64,000 bases of DNA from Salisapilia sapeloensis CBS 127946 (GCA_023334545.1 JAADVB010000009.1:62001-126000), one strand, 5' to 3'; shown: positions 22,881-35,524, counted from the first letter of the stretch. Notes: a model not told the origin generated them from the sequence alone. A program made the numbers and translations.

Positions 22881-24298
22881 ATGGGCAACTCTATTGTACG
22901 ATCTTGTCTGGACGACCAGGCCCCAGAGCCGCCACCGACTTCCTACCATCAGCAGTACAAACAGCGCAAGCAGCAGCTTCGAAAGACCGACGGTCCGGCG
23001 ATTCCACAGCGGAACCCAACACACGATCGCCGTGTTCCAGAACGCATCGATCTTCGACAGCAGCGCTTTGCCACGCACCACCAACGTGGTCGCAATCGAC
23101 CTTTATCCCAAGACTTTTCCAATGAGTCAGGCGACTTTTTCGCGTCGCTCGAGAAGTGCGCTGCTAAGTTGCAAAGCCCGACAGCACAATACACGGGTCC
23201 TTCGCCGTCCTGGAGTGAGACATTTACAACAGCTACTTCGGACGATTCGTCCACTTTTAATTCGCCGAAAGAGCGAACGAGACGACCGTCCGAGGACATT
23301 CGAGACATCTTACCACACGTAACTTGGATACTTTATTTAATCAGGCTCAAAGGCTCACGTGTATATTCTAGGCATACTCGCTCGGGGACGTCATTGGTCA
23401 AGGCACGACTGCGACGGTGTACTCTTGCCGACACACGAACAGCAATGTCGAGTACGCTTGCAAAGTCATTGATAAACGCCACTTGGCACAAGAAGCTGCT
23501 GATCGAGAGGAGATCACAGAGCAGCTACGTCGAGAAGTAGACGTCCTTCGGTGCCTCGACCACGCCCACATCACTCGCTTCGAAGAAAAATTCGAAAATG
23601 ATAATTTCCTGATCATTATCATGGAACGACTGCAAGGAGGCGAGCTGTTTGATCTTTTAATTGACAGAGTAAAGTTGGAGGAAAAGGATGCTCGGTATGT
23701 TGCCAAGAGTATACTTTCTGCCATCCAGCACATGCACTCGAAAGGCGTCCTGCATCGAGACTTGAAACCTGAGAACGTATTACTAGCATCGACACCAGAA
23801 ACGAGCAAGCCGTTGAATGTAAAATTGATTGACTTTGGTTTTGCCAAGAAGCTGCCCAGCTCCCGCGCACGGACGACATCATTCGTCGGAACAGGCGGGT
23901 ACATGGCACCAGAGGTGCTGCTCTATTATCCCTACGATGCTGCTGTCGATCTCTGGTCCTTTGGCGTCATCCTCTACCTTCTTCTCTGCGGACGAGTACG
24001 ATCCTTATTTACTCGATTGCCGTATAATGCTCACTTTATACTTTGTAGTTGCCATTCCCAGCAACAACATCGTTGCGGCCGAATCAGAAGCTGCGGTCTG
24101 TCTATCGACTCAGTTTTCCGTCCAAGTACTGGAAGGACGTCGATCCATCCGCCATTGACTTGATTCAAAAGATACTCGTCCTCCACCCACGTCGTCGCCT
24201 TACGCCAGAGGTACTTCTAGTTGTAATCAATCAACTAGACAATGCACTTAAAGTTTGTATAGGATATTTTCAAGCACGAGTGGATGCAAAAAGAGTGA
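22881..24298 (+). CDS. CAMK-group Ser/Thr protein kinase; 4 exons
   Basis: Intron 23319-23371 plus two downstream introns. Motifs: LGDVIGQGTTATVY, YACKVIDK, GGELFD, HRDLKPENVL, DFGFAK, FVGTGGYMAPE, DLWSFG; ends DIFKHEWMQKE*. No EF-hands. N-terminus MGNSIVRSC may be acylated. Confidence 0.9.
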
Positions 24299-24343
24299 TG
24301 GCGTATTTAAAGGTAGAGGAAACGGAAATATACGGTTGTGTGT

Positions 24344-25120
24344 TTATTCTTCCGCCACGACGGCCGACACGTCGTCTTTCATGTCTTCATCGCGTTCTTG
24401 GAAACGAGGATTCGTGTCCTTACCGGTATCTTGCGCTTTACGTGGCGTGTCGTCCACATCGCTCTCGCCTCGACTACGCTTGCCAGGCATGTAGTGCGAC
24501 CTATACGGAGTTGCCACATCGTTCGCATCGACGGACCGGCCAAAGCCACCACGGCCCGGATCATATTCGTCTTTCGACCGACGATCGTCACGCACCTAGG
24601 TATAAAGTTAGCTTCATGGTCATTCAGTACTACGGGCATGTTCATGGTAACGCACCTGTCCACCAGAGATACCCCGACCGAATTGACGACCTTCACGGAA
24701 CCCACCATCCATTTCACATCGAATGATGCGATTGTCCAACTTGGTTTCACTCAAGTAAGCTGACGCTGCAGTTGCTTCATCGTGTGCCATGTATCTACAT
24801 AATAAAAAGATAAGATCACTAGACCAATTTTATCCAGGTAGAGGTTCTTACTCGACAAAGCAAAAGCCGCATGGCGTCTTCTTCTTCCGATCGAGACCCA
24901 TAATCACGCGGCGGACTGTCCCGACGCGCGAAAAGAGCTCATAAATTTGATTTTCGGAAGTGAAAAACGACAAATTGCCAACGTAGAGCGTTGCAGAGCG
25001 AGCGATTGCTTGCTGCTGTTCTTCATATGATGAAAAAGTCTTTCGGTCCCAGTACTGTCGTGGCTGAGGCCGAGATAAGCGCTCTTCTTCCTCCGCTACT
25101 TCTGCATACAGCTCGGCCAT
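24344..25120 (-). CDS. NCBP2: Nuclear cap-binding protein subunit 2 (CBP20); 3 exons
   Basis: [23 protein letters not shown]...[19 protein letters not shown]...[33 protein letters not shown]...YDPGRGGFG, with a C-terminal extension containing NPRF. Confidence 0.95.
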
Positions 25121-25399
25121 CGTTTGGGTCGTGACAGTCGTGTTGGTGGAGCTATCTTTTCGCTACTTTTCAGCCTATCATATACTTCAAATTCTATATC
25201 CACGAACCAGACAGAGGGTATAAAATGTCATTTATTTACGACGAATAAAGCACGAAATGAGCCATTTCGGATGGATGCGATCCTAGAGACAAACGCATAC
25301 AATTAGAAGGCGTATACTCGCTAGAGCCGTAGGAAGAGTAACTTCTGTCGATGCATCTTTGCCTTGCTTGCTCACATCTGAGCTGTACCAAACATGCTG

Positions 25400-26724
25400 T
25401 TAGTATGGCGCTTCATTGCTTCGTAATGCATCATCCTCTACTTCTCTTGGCACTCGGTAGATATTTAGATGAGGAAAAGTAAAATCCTCCGGCTTACGTT
25501 CACATCGGTAGCCATGCTCTAGGCACACATAGTAGACTTGTGTGCACGTTGCTGTTTTACATCCAAACTCTGCCTCCGCACACACTTGACTGTTCTGGTA
25601 ACAAGGCGGATTCTCGCTTGTCAACTTATCAATTGACGGTAACGCTCTTAATCGCCAATTTCCTTCGCTAAATGCATTGCATCTTTCAATCAAAAGCCTT
25701 TAACACTTTGCGTTCGCCTCCAAGTCCGATGGATTTCTCCAAATCGGAATAGATGTGACGTTCTGGACGCCAAACCTTTTGTCTTCATCAAAAGCATAAA
25801 AATCGATATGTCCATTTCGGCAGAATTGTTCATACGAAACATAGTTCTCCATCTCTTGTGATGACTGAAACCCTTCTAGGTTACCAAACATATTGGCCAA
25901 GGATGGTAAAGACGTATTTCTTTCCTCCAGAAATCGTCTGCAATGCCGACCAACACATCGATAGGAATGAAGCTTAGAATGGTATAACTAAAAAATACAC
26001 ACGACTTCGTCGGGCTTGACACCGAATGGACAAATTCCACTTTGTCTGTCGGCTCTGCGTTCAACGTTTTTACTCCCCCATCTCTCCGTAAAGCAGATCC
26101 CAGCATAGGAGAACCAGACCGTGTCTGCATAAGGAGCTGTCGAGTCCATTCCAAATGATTCAGCACCGACGCAGGGACCGATGTTTGGCTATCCATCGAG
26201 TCCATTGTACTGCTTACATTCAGGCTGAGTGATACTTTTATTTGTACTTTCATCATCTCCATTTTATATAGGTGCACAGTGCCCGCGTCCTTCATGTCCA
26301 CGAATGGGCAGAACTCTTGATATGACTAAGGTGTCCGACCGTACTCGGCTAATGTTTGTCGAGACTGTACGATATCGACTTCGAAAAATGTGATAGTAGA
26401 CACGTTATTGACACGCGTGCAAGTGCTATTCCGTGGATTCGAACCTACATCAATACAGTCTCGTTGGACGCACACCAGTGCTCCTTCGACGCTGGAAGTG
26501 ACAACCGAGTCAAGTACTGCCTCGCGTCTTTGGTAAAAGCTGTTATTTTCTCCGCCTACATTGAGGCCGGAGATGACAGCGCTTTCGGATGCGTCCCAAA
26601 TAGGTGCTTGATCATCGACTCGAGCCTGTATAGACCGAACCGTTTGCATACGCCATCCACCATAGGCATACGCTTTGTACAGTAGACCGGCAGCGATGAT
26701 AGCTAGCAGCACATGCACATGCAT
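25400..26724 (-). pseudogene. Disrupted copy of a Cys-rich secreted oomycete protein family
   Basis: Signal peptide, then VRSIQARV..QAPIW, SVEGAL..VQ, EFCPF, ECKQYNGLDG*PNIGP..APY...WFSY, CPFGVKPD...FSYTIL.FIPID.LVGI, YEQFC.NG, SIPIWRNP.D..AN and NPPCYQNS..CA.AEFGC. In-frame stops at 26326, 26264, 26189 and 25700. Frameshifts near 26285, in the A6 run 25990-25995, and near 25930. Family resemblance is from memory. Confidence 0.75.
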
Positions 26725-27283
26725 GATGAGTAGGCGACGAAAAATTGGATGTCGGACATTGCAAGCGACAAAACCTGCGAAGCAATCCTTTAGAAGTGGA
26801 TACCTCGGATAGCGATATTTCGACTTATACTCATTTCCATGGCGTTCTGAGGTACGCCAGTAGTCGAAGTCTCGTGGAACGTTTTATCATGTAGAAAGTG
26901 CTAGCAAGCCATACAAAAAGGAAACTGTTGTACTGCTAACTTTGCTTGTATATGAATTCCTCTCAAAGTTGTTCAGATACTTTGTCGCGAACGTAGTCGC
27001 ATTAAGATGAGTATATTCGATATCCCAACAAAAGCTCTATCTCACAGCTCCTTGACTGCTTCACCCTGCAACATTGGAAGCTACCTTTTTCCCCTCAACT
27101 CTTCCGTACGATTGCAGTCTTCCAACAAAGCAATACCTAACAGGAACATTCGCCATAAAGACAGCCACTAAGTGTCTCCATCCACCACGTACTCAAAGAT
27201 CCATATCAGCCATGCGCAACCAACACATCACGTCACAAAAGAGCAAAAAGCAAAATGGATTTTAGTATGCAACAAGATCTTAT

Positions 27284-28816
27284 CTAGTCGTCGCGTTCAC
27301 TCTCACACTCCTCTCCTTCGCCACCGTCGTTCGGGACGTAGTAGCAGTACTTGGTCGCAACGCCACCCTTAGTCGTCGCGTCAAAGTTCTTCCCAAAGTC
27401 CCACTTCTTATCAGCAGAGTGGTACTCGACCTTGAGCCAATCCTTGCTCGCCTTGAACGAGAAGAATCCGTACTCTTGACCATTGTACGACCACTTGTTT
27501 TCAACGAGCTTCTGCGCGTACACCGGAATGCCAGACGCAGACGACTTCTGGATACCTCCACCAGCACCGTTCTCAAAGAAGTGGGCTTTCACGGAGCTCG
27601 CAAAGTCGTGCTTCTCACCGTGCGTATGGCCGTAGAACCAAGCGTGGATGCCGGCCTCCTTGATCGTCTTGAACCAAGTCTCCATGCCCTTGGCGTCATA
27701 GTGCACCGTCGGCGAGTAGTGCGTGTTCACGATCTTCCACGTCGCGTCGGACTCCTTGGCTTTCTCCAACAGCTTCTTCTCCGATTCTTCTCCCCACTCC
27801 TGGAACTGCTTCATGCACTTGTCGTACTTGTCCGTGTCTCCACCAAAGCAGTACTTGTCACCACGCGCAATGTTATTACACTCGTCGTCATCACCTTCAG
27901 CGTATCCGTAGCACTGGCAACAGATCTGCTGCGCACCGTGCGTGTTGGCATTGTTCGTGTCCAAGTTGAAGACCTCGATCGTCACACCGTCATCGCCCTT
28001 GATCTTCTTGGTGAAGAAGTGGTCGTCCATGTGCCACCGGTCGTCATCCGGACTCTTGTACTCTTGCTGCCACTTAAATTTCTGGTTCAACGCATCCACG
28101 GCGGCGTCGGCCGATTTGCACTCGACCAAGTCGCCGTCGTCCGAGTTACAGATGTAACTGCTTCCGCCGTAGTCGTGGTTGCCCATGACGTTCACCCACG
28201 GGATGCCAGCGAGGTTCTTGCCGTTAAACTTGTCCTCGAACGTCTTCTGGAAGCGCGAGGACTGCTCATCATCCGAGTTGATACCCGTCCAGTAAAAGTT
28301 GTCACTAGAAATATATCAGTTCATACAAAGTCCAAGATAATGGTATCAGAATAATATGTACCCATGTCCAAGGACGAGCGATGGCTTCGGGTCCATGGAT
28401 CCCGCGAGCTCGTTCATCATGTAGCCAACGACGTCTTCGGCAACGACATCAAAGTTGTTGTAGTCGTCCGAGCGAGAGCAGCAACTGTCCTTTTGCACGG
28501 TGGCACCCCAGTCACCAATGGCGAGGGAGGAGACGGAGAATTTGGCCTTGGTCGGGTCCGACGAGACCTTGTCAGGCGAAGAAACGCTCGAACCGGAGCC
28601 GGTGCTGCTACCATCCGACGTATCGTCCGAAGTGTTGTCTCCGAAACCATTGCCTCCACCACCAGAATCGGAGCTACCACTGCCGCTTCGGGAGTCTCCG
28701 TCTCCCGTGTTCGAGTCATCGGATCCGCCCAATTGCGTCACGAGGATCGCGACGACGGCACCGACAATGGCGCAGGCGACAATGACGGAGACGACGATGA
28801 CCTTTTTAGATACCAT
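27284..28816 (-). CDS. Calcineurin-like metallophosphoesterase (acid-phosphatase type) with N-terminal TM anchor and Gly/Ser stalk
   Basis: ATG 28816; intron 28361-28305. Metal motifs: AIGDWG, GHG/DNFYW, GNHDY, NTHY, GHTH. Hydrophobic VIVVSVIVACAIVGAVVAILV segment. Strong GC3 bias. Confidence 0.92.
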
Positions 28817-30488
28817 CTTTCGTGTTTCGACTACTAGAGCTGCTTTCAAGCTACCACTCGAAGAGCAGTTATTGGTAGAGAGCGAAAAGCGAAATGGACT
28901 GACGAAAGGCGCCGCTCGTGGGTGATAGAGCAGGGTTTATGCACCTGGATTTTTGAGGTGCTTTCTACCCGTTGTCACCAGCTGTTCATTCGCGCCTATG
29001 GCTAACTTGGTGAAGGCGAGAGCAGCGGGGAGCGGGACGGATATGATGCTCCCAGTATAGTTTGGCTGATCCCGACGGTCGTCGTTTTGCTCTTGCATCT
29101 CTCTCGATTGGACTATGTGTTGATATGGCTGTTAAAACTCTACTTTGGGTGGTACGCATCGGGCATATTGGACGAACTTTCATTGTGCCGATCGTATTGA
29201 GCGCTCGGGCAGGAGGCCTTGAACAACGTGTAGATACGTAAAGCTGCCCGCCTCCATGGCAGTGCTTCCCCTATCTCAGCTCGCCACGTCGAAGCCTTTA
29301 TCGCTTGGGTAGTAACAAAGCTTCGGTGCGAACGACAGGAATCTTTTACAGACACCGTGGAAAGCAACACGCGATGGAATGTAACGGTTATTCGTAAAGG
29401 ACCTGAGTCTCATTTATTCGTAACTGCGAAACTGTATGTCATTTGAGACTGTATACTTTCTAGGCTGCCAAGTAGGCGTATGCACCTAGCTCTAAGCTTT
29501 TGCTTGCAAACAAATAACGACTTGGAACATATGCGCTAGAGTGCAAATGGAGCGAAAGATTTTGTACCAGTTGTAAGATCGTTCTTTCTTTTCTCGCTAC
29601 ATTCATACTGCTCATCCTATAGCAACTTCTATTCAACGCATGGGAAATCTCCGTACGCAGCCGCGTGTGACATGGTTCATGTCATCCGAACCAAGCGTCG
29701 GGCCTGGATCAGGCTTTTTACACCAGCTCTGTCTTGATCGAGCTATGCAGTGATGGAGTGGTCACCTGGACTATTAAACGACAACGCGTTACTCTTGACC
29801 GGACATCTTTTCATAGATCTCTCCTGCAAATCGATTCATCTACAAACTTTGTTGATCAACTCGTTACTATCCCATAATGGATGCGATCTTGTACATAGGC
29901 GCATCAATAGACAAGTTGATAGCCTTGTCTGCTGCGCCTCTATCCCATGCATAGCCATTCCGAAAGATTAATGCGGCATCAAACACAGGAATTAAATCAC
30001 GATCCACAGTTGTACTCTACGATGCAGACTGATAGACTGCCGAGGATGAGACAGCTACCGTACGAATGCACACGGACCAAATCAAATCAGATACAACCAT
30101 GACGATAGACGCAAGGGACTGCCTTGCGAGATTCAACAAACGGACTGGCCAATGGAAACCTTGGCTATCGAGGCATATCTTGGATAATACTCACTGCAGT
30201 ATAGCTACAGTGTCATCCCTGCACCAAGACATGTTTTTGGTAGCAAGAAGAACGCTTCTGCTTGGTACAAGTACTTGAAGCTAGCACACTACGATACGGA
30301 TACACCGAGATCGCAATGATTTCCAAAGTGCTGTGTATGAGCGTGCTTGTATCATATAGACAGGTCACATCATCAAAAACCAACAAAGCAGGCGTAATTG
30401 ATGCGCTTCAGACATCAGCATTTCCAGTCCCTTCAGTCTTCCATACAGACTACGACAAGCTACAAAACCTTTCGTAAGATGCATACTA

Positions 30489-31918
30489 TGCACCGACCTC
30501 GACGTCAGCAATGGCACTTGGACCAGAATAAAGCGACGGACACAAAGTCGGATGACAAACGCGGCGGTCCATCAACTCTCGATGAGCTTTCCCTCGATGT
30601 CGTTCATCTCGACAACAATTTTCTACTACTCAATAAAGGGCCAGACGTCCGATTGGATGGAAAATTTGATGCCACTATTGAAAAAGCTGTACGCACTACT
30701 AGTTTATTAAAGTAGTCCTTAAGCGCTGATTATGACATAGCTCCATCGAGATTTTCCAGACATTCCCAAATTTCGATGGATCCACCAACTTGATTTTGGT
30801 CAGTCTACCCACTCTAGTATCAGACACGATATGCATGAATTAAATCTTGCATAGCTACATCCGGAGCTCTCTGCATTGGTCTCAACAAACAGTAATCTCG
30901 TTCTTATCCCACATTTTCATATGTAGACATTTATCCCATTTCATAGGTCCACTAGCTTCGGCTGCAGTCTCTTTCGTGATAAGCGTGTTCAGAAAGAGTA
31001 TCTAGCATTGGTCCATGGCCACCTTCCTTTCCACCCGACGCCATCTCCTACGTCCACTTGTGCCTATTCCAAGCTCCAGCAATTCATACTCGACATGGAA
31101 GAATTCGAAAAGTCTAGCCGATCGTCTCGTGGTCTAGATACTCATCGAAAGATCCGTGGATACCCTCGAGGTCCTCGATCCGCTCGTTCGATCTTTTACA
31201 TGGAAAAAGTTCATTTGGAACGAGACGTCTCGAATCGAGAGATGTCTCGGGAAGAAGAGGAGATTCTTAGCTGTAAAAAGTTTCAATTTCTTCCGTCTAG
31301 TATTAGAGAAAGGTATGAACAAGAGCAACAAAGGGATCACGATCGATTCGATCGAGAGTTCGAAGCGTTCCTTGGCAGTCTCAAGGACAAGAGGATCCAG
31401 GAACGAGAGTACCACAAGTCGGAAGAAGAGGAACCTCTTGCATATATATTTACAGATCCGATTGTCGAGCTGAGTCGACAGAATACGTTCTTGATGGCTG
31501 TGGCAGCCAATGGGACAGATGTGGATGGTGTACGCGGAAAGGCTTCGACAACAATTGCGTTTGTCTTGGGCCATGGAGAAATGAACGGACAAAAAGTATC
31601 AAAGGTACTGTTGAGACCGTTGAACGGTCGACGCCATCAGCTACGACTGCATCTAGCGCATAACGGACATCCGATTGTCGGAGATGCGACGTATGGAAAG
31701 GATGATGCTGCGGATCGAATGATGCTACATGCGTGGAAACTTTGGCTGAATCCTCCAGATGACAAAAAGGTACGATGAGGCATTGGTATGGTAAAAGCCA
31801 ATTGGTGATTTAATGTAAATAGGAGCGTTATGGAAACCTGATGTATACGACACCAGACCCATTTCAGTCGATCGTTCCGAGTGACAGAGACATTCAGACA
31901 ATCTCCTTCTCAACCTAA
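30489..31918 (+). CDS. RPUSD1: RluA-family RNA pseudouridine synthase (RPUSD1-like) with a large internal insertion; multi-exon, start uncertain
   Basis: Spliced LLLNKGPDVRLDG...FRWIHQLDF/ATSGALCIGLNKQ...FRDKRVQKEYLALVHG...LRPLNGRRHQLRLHLAHNGHPIVGDATY...RMMLHAWKL. The HQLDF..SG motif is RPUSD1-like. Last intron 31770-31822, stop 31916-31918. Confidence 0.85.
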
Positions 31919-32099
31919 AATGCAAGTACATGCGTTTGCTTCTACTTGTGCATCTTTATGTTTCTGATAATTTTCTTTTGTGCATTATTTCTTTGATGGT
32001 TGACTGATTCCGAATGTAGCCATTCTGGAGTTGACTTGGTTTTTGTATGTCTAAAAGACAGAATTTGGACACTAATTTTATTTAACAGCTCGAGGATCG

Positions 32100-33692
32100 A
32101 TGATGCGCCGTTCGACTGCTGCTTCCTACTTGGTAGATCGAAGTCTGGGTCTACAAAGTGACTTTCCGTCTAGAGTACGATCCAGAGAAGCTCGTCAATT
32201 GCAGGCGTCTACTAGTAACTTTATCTATGCTCCTCAAATACGCATCAGCGACATCGCTTTGGACCCAACATTCGACCAATTCCTTCTCACGTCGTCGACA
32301 CAGTCACATATTCGACTCTATGACCTACAAAGCCTGGATGCAACTACAATGGAAAGTTTTGATGCGACAAACCAACTACCACCAGTTGCGCAAGATGTCG
32401 TGTACACTCCAGAAGCGAGTGACAGAAAGCGCTATGGCATCTCTTCTATCGACTGGTATCCCATCGACAATGGCATTTTCATCACTGCATCGTTAGATGG
32501 ATACTTGTCTATATTCGATACAGAAACATTTGAACCTGTGGACCAGTTGAAACTGCCAGGTACGATCAACTGTGCTTCCTTCCCCGTCGTGACCCATGAG
32601 TCTACAACATCTTCTTCCATCTCCGGTTCTCCGCACACGCTCATCGCAGCGGGCACTTCAAAAAATGAAATCAGATTGTGTGATTTGGACAACTCGTCTA
32701 CTTCCCACACTCTGTTAGGTCATCGAGAGGAAGTGAAGACGCTTGCATGGTCACCTTCGAATAATTTCCAACTCGTTTCTGGTAGTAAAGATGGAGAAAT
32801 ACGTATGTGGGACATCCGTCGCTCTGGCTCCACTGCTTGTTTACTCTGTTTCAATGCTGAGGGCGAAGCAAAGCCTCCAGGAAGAACGCAATTACCATTC
32901 ACAACGTCCATATCGGCAGATCGACCCAAACGCACCAGACCTTTGAAGCGTCAGAAGACGGATGGGTCTGGTATCAACTTAAATCTGACAAAACGTCCAC
33001 ACTGGATGACGGAAACACCATCCTCAGCTCGAAAAGATCAAGTATTGGAAGACATGCGCAGTCGAAACAGCGGAAGAGATCCGCACCTGTCTGCTTCTGC
33101 GTCCTCCGTCGTCGCACACCATGGTGCCATCAACTGCGTCACCTACACGCCCGACGGTCGGTACGTGCTAAGCAACGGGAAGGACAAGAAACTTCGACTG
33201 TGGAATAGCAGCACGGGCGCTCATGAGTTTGTAAATTATAAAAATTTAACGTCGAAGAATAGCGACAGGGTCAAGCGCATGGCAGTGGTACAGGAAGGGT
33301 CAATGATGTATGGGAGAGAAGATGGACCGATTGTCTTTTGTCCAAGTGGGGATAAAGGTCAATTGCTATGTTATGATATACTTGGAGACGGAGGTGTTGT
33401 GTCTGATTACACTGGGCATTATGACATGATTACGGCCTGCGTGTATCGGAAGTCAAGACGAGAGCTTTTTTCTGCTGGACTCGATGGACTGATACTAGCC
33501 TGGAGGCCAGTACCGATGACGTTTGATCCGCAGGTCGATAAAAAGGAAGTACAAGTGGACCCGGATGTTGATCAAGATAGTTGGAGTGAAGAGGAAGACA
33601 CGATAGCAGATATGAATGAAGATCGCTTCATTCCTCCAATATTAAGAGACGAGCCTGGGGATAGTAGTGGTTGGAGTGACATGGACGAGTGA
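32100..33692 (+). CDS. ERCC8: WD40 protein, Cockayne syndrome A / ERCC8 homolog
   Basis: SIDWYPIDNGIFITASLD, LIAAGT...IRLCDL...SHTLLGH.EEV..LAWSP....LVSGSKDG.IRMWDIRRSG, AHHGAIN and GKDKKLRLWN. A possible extra 5' exon ends at 32044. Confidence 0.85.
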   Translation: MMRRSTAASYLVDRSLGLQSDFPSRVRSREARQLQASTSNFIYAPQIRISDIALDPTFDQFLLTSSTQSHIRLYDLQSLDATTMESFDATNQLPPVAQDVVYTPEASDRKRYGISSIDWYPIDNGIFITASLDGYLSIFDTETFEPVDQLKLPGTINCASFPVVTHESTTSSSISGSPHTLIAAGTSKNEIRLCDLDNSSTSHTLLGHREEVKTLAWSPSNNFQLVSGSKDGEIRMWDIRRSGSTACLLCFNAEGEAKPPGRTQLPFTTSISADRPKRTRPLKRQKTDGSGINLNLTKRPHWMTETPSSARKDQVLEDMRSRNSGRDPHLSASASSVVAHHGAINCVTYTPDGRYVLSNGKDKKLRLWNSSTGAHEFVNYKNLTSKNSDRVKRMAVVQEGSMMYGREDGPIVFCPSGDKGQLLCYDILGDGGVVSDYTGHYDMITACVYRKSRRELFSAGLDGLILAWRPVPMTFDPQVDKKEVQVDPDVDQDSWSEEEDTIADMNEDRFIPPILRDEPGDSSGWSDMDE

Positions 33693-33764
33693 TATAAATA
33701 TAGCTGACTTCATTGTATATTGCTTGAAGCGTTGATCGCTAAGAATAGTATCATCAGATAGACG

Positions 33765-35524
33765 ATGGAAGGAGCAGAGACGTCTGGTGGTCATCCGAAT
33801 GGGGTATCGGCTTTACTTAATGCACTCGACTTTTTTGGGAAAGATGACCCGGAAGGAGCGAATAAGTTCAAGACAGTGGCCATGAGAGCGTTGTATGAAC
33901 AAAAGTTGGACGATGAGCTAAAGAAAAGCAAGGAAGATAATGAAAGCTTGCTGAAAGAGAATGCGTCTCTGTCGCAGCGAGTACGAGAGCTGGAAAAAGA
34001 TTTGGAGACCAATATTGATGACCGAGAGCGCGTTTTGGCGTTCAAGACGAAAAAGATTGACGAGTTGATTGGCAAGATGAAAGACTTGGAAGTGATCAAT
34101 GCTTCGCTCTTGGCAACACTACAAGGTGCCGAAGGGCCGACATTTAATGAAGATGGGACGATTTCCATGCCACATAGCTACTCCTCTTCATCCGTTTCGG
34201 TTCAAAGTACTCGTAATTCGATGATGGAAATGATTAAGGCAGGCAAGGGTCTCTTTCATCCGTTGGAAACTTGTCGAGAACAAGAGTACCGACAAAAGTA
34301 TGAAGAGAAGCACTCTGAAGTGCTCCATCTAACACAAGAACTGAAGGAATACGACAATCTGTCGGACGCGATGGCAGAATTTAGAGATGAAAAGAGCCAA
34401 ATGGAAAATGAACGAAAGCAGTTGAAAGATGATTTAGCGAGAGTGCAAAAGGAAAAAGAGGACGAAGTAGCAATGTTGGAACGCAAGCTAGTGACAGAGC
34501 ACATTCGGCTTGCGAAAGAAAAGCAAACTGCGGTTCGTAACACGGAAGAAGCGATGCAGCAGCACATGCTAAAGCAGCTAGATGTGACTACTCAACAGAC
34601 GATAAAAGAGAATGAACGAGTGCAGATTGAACTGCGTTACCAGAATACGCAAGTGGATGAAATGGTACGAAAGATGGAACGACTTGAGCACGAAAATGCT
34701 AGTTTGAAGCAGGATAAGCAGCTTACAGAGATGATCAACAGCGAGATTACCAAAAAGCTAGGTTTCTACCAGCAACTCATAGCCAGGTTACAGAATGAAA
34801 ATCGGCTACTCGCCTCTGTCTCTACTTCTGAAGATAACGATTCGGCGGCTAGCCCCGGTCGCCGGCATTCACCTCGAAAGCCACCACTACCTCTTCTTAA
34901 ATCGCCACGTAGAATGGTGGATGATGATGACATCTTGCGACAGCATGAAAGCACAAGTAGCTTCCATACGAATGAAGGAAACAACCAATTGAATAATGCT
35001 GTCAAAGATCTCGCAGTTCATATCCAGAAGCGAGACTACTTGAAGCATGAAATTGCAGCCATCCTTCAGTCTCATCATGATCATCGCCTTTACCAGGAAG
35101 AAATGCGACGTGAACATCCTGTTCGAAAGCCAACGACACCTATCCAGAAACGAAAGGTGGTGTTGGCAAAGCCAGAAGCCTACTCACCTCGCAACTTTCA
35201 ACGGAGACGGAAGCTTCGAATGAAACCTGTACTTGCTTGTATATATCGCCTTCCTCCTTCTAATAACATGAATACGGCATGTAGACCCGATTAGATGCTT
35301 TCGTACAAGAACACGCTCGCATTCCATCTAGACGGCAAGAGCCTCGGAAGATCAAGGAAAAAGATAAGCAGGAAAAAGTGAATGAGAAGGACACCTGGGT
35401 CGAGGCATCAAATGCATCGAATGGACCCAATATCGAGTTGGTAGTAAAACCACCAACGATCGATACGACAGCTTACTGGAAAGCTAGTAAAGCCCCAACA
35501 ATACCAAATACAGCACGATTTTAG
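33765..35524 (+). CDS. CFAP157: Coiled-coil flagellar protein, CFAP157-like
   Basis: LERKLVTEHIRLAKEK and QLDVTTQQTIKENERVQIEL resemble CFAP157. Probable terminal intron 35229-35284 gives a stop at 35522-35524; an alternative acceptor would end at about 35381. Confidence 0.6.

Noticed and set aside
25400-26724. TAA/TAG reassigned to Gln (ciliate-type code)
   Set aside because: Conserved genes end at TAA/TAG exactly where expected (centrin, RPS23, GST2) and contain no in-frame TAR. This locus also has frameshifts.
27419-28354. Long antisense ORFs (also 19553-20101, 43029-43583, 17586-18017 and the overlapping ORFs over the fimbrin repeats)
   Set aside because: They are shadows of GC3-biased or repetitive sense genes and have no independent motifs.
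29720-30060. Protein-looking minus-strand frame (NGYAWDRG...)
   Set aside because: About five stops in 115 codons equals random expectation, and no family was recognised.
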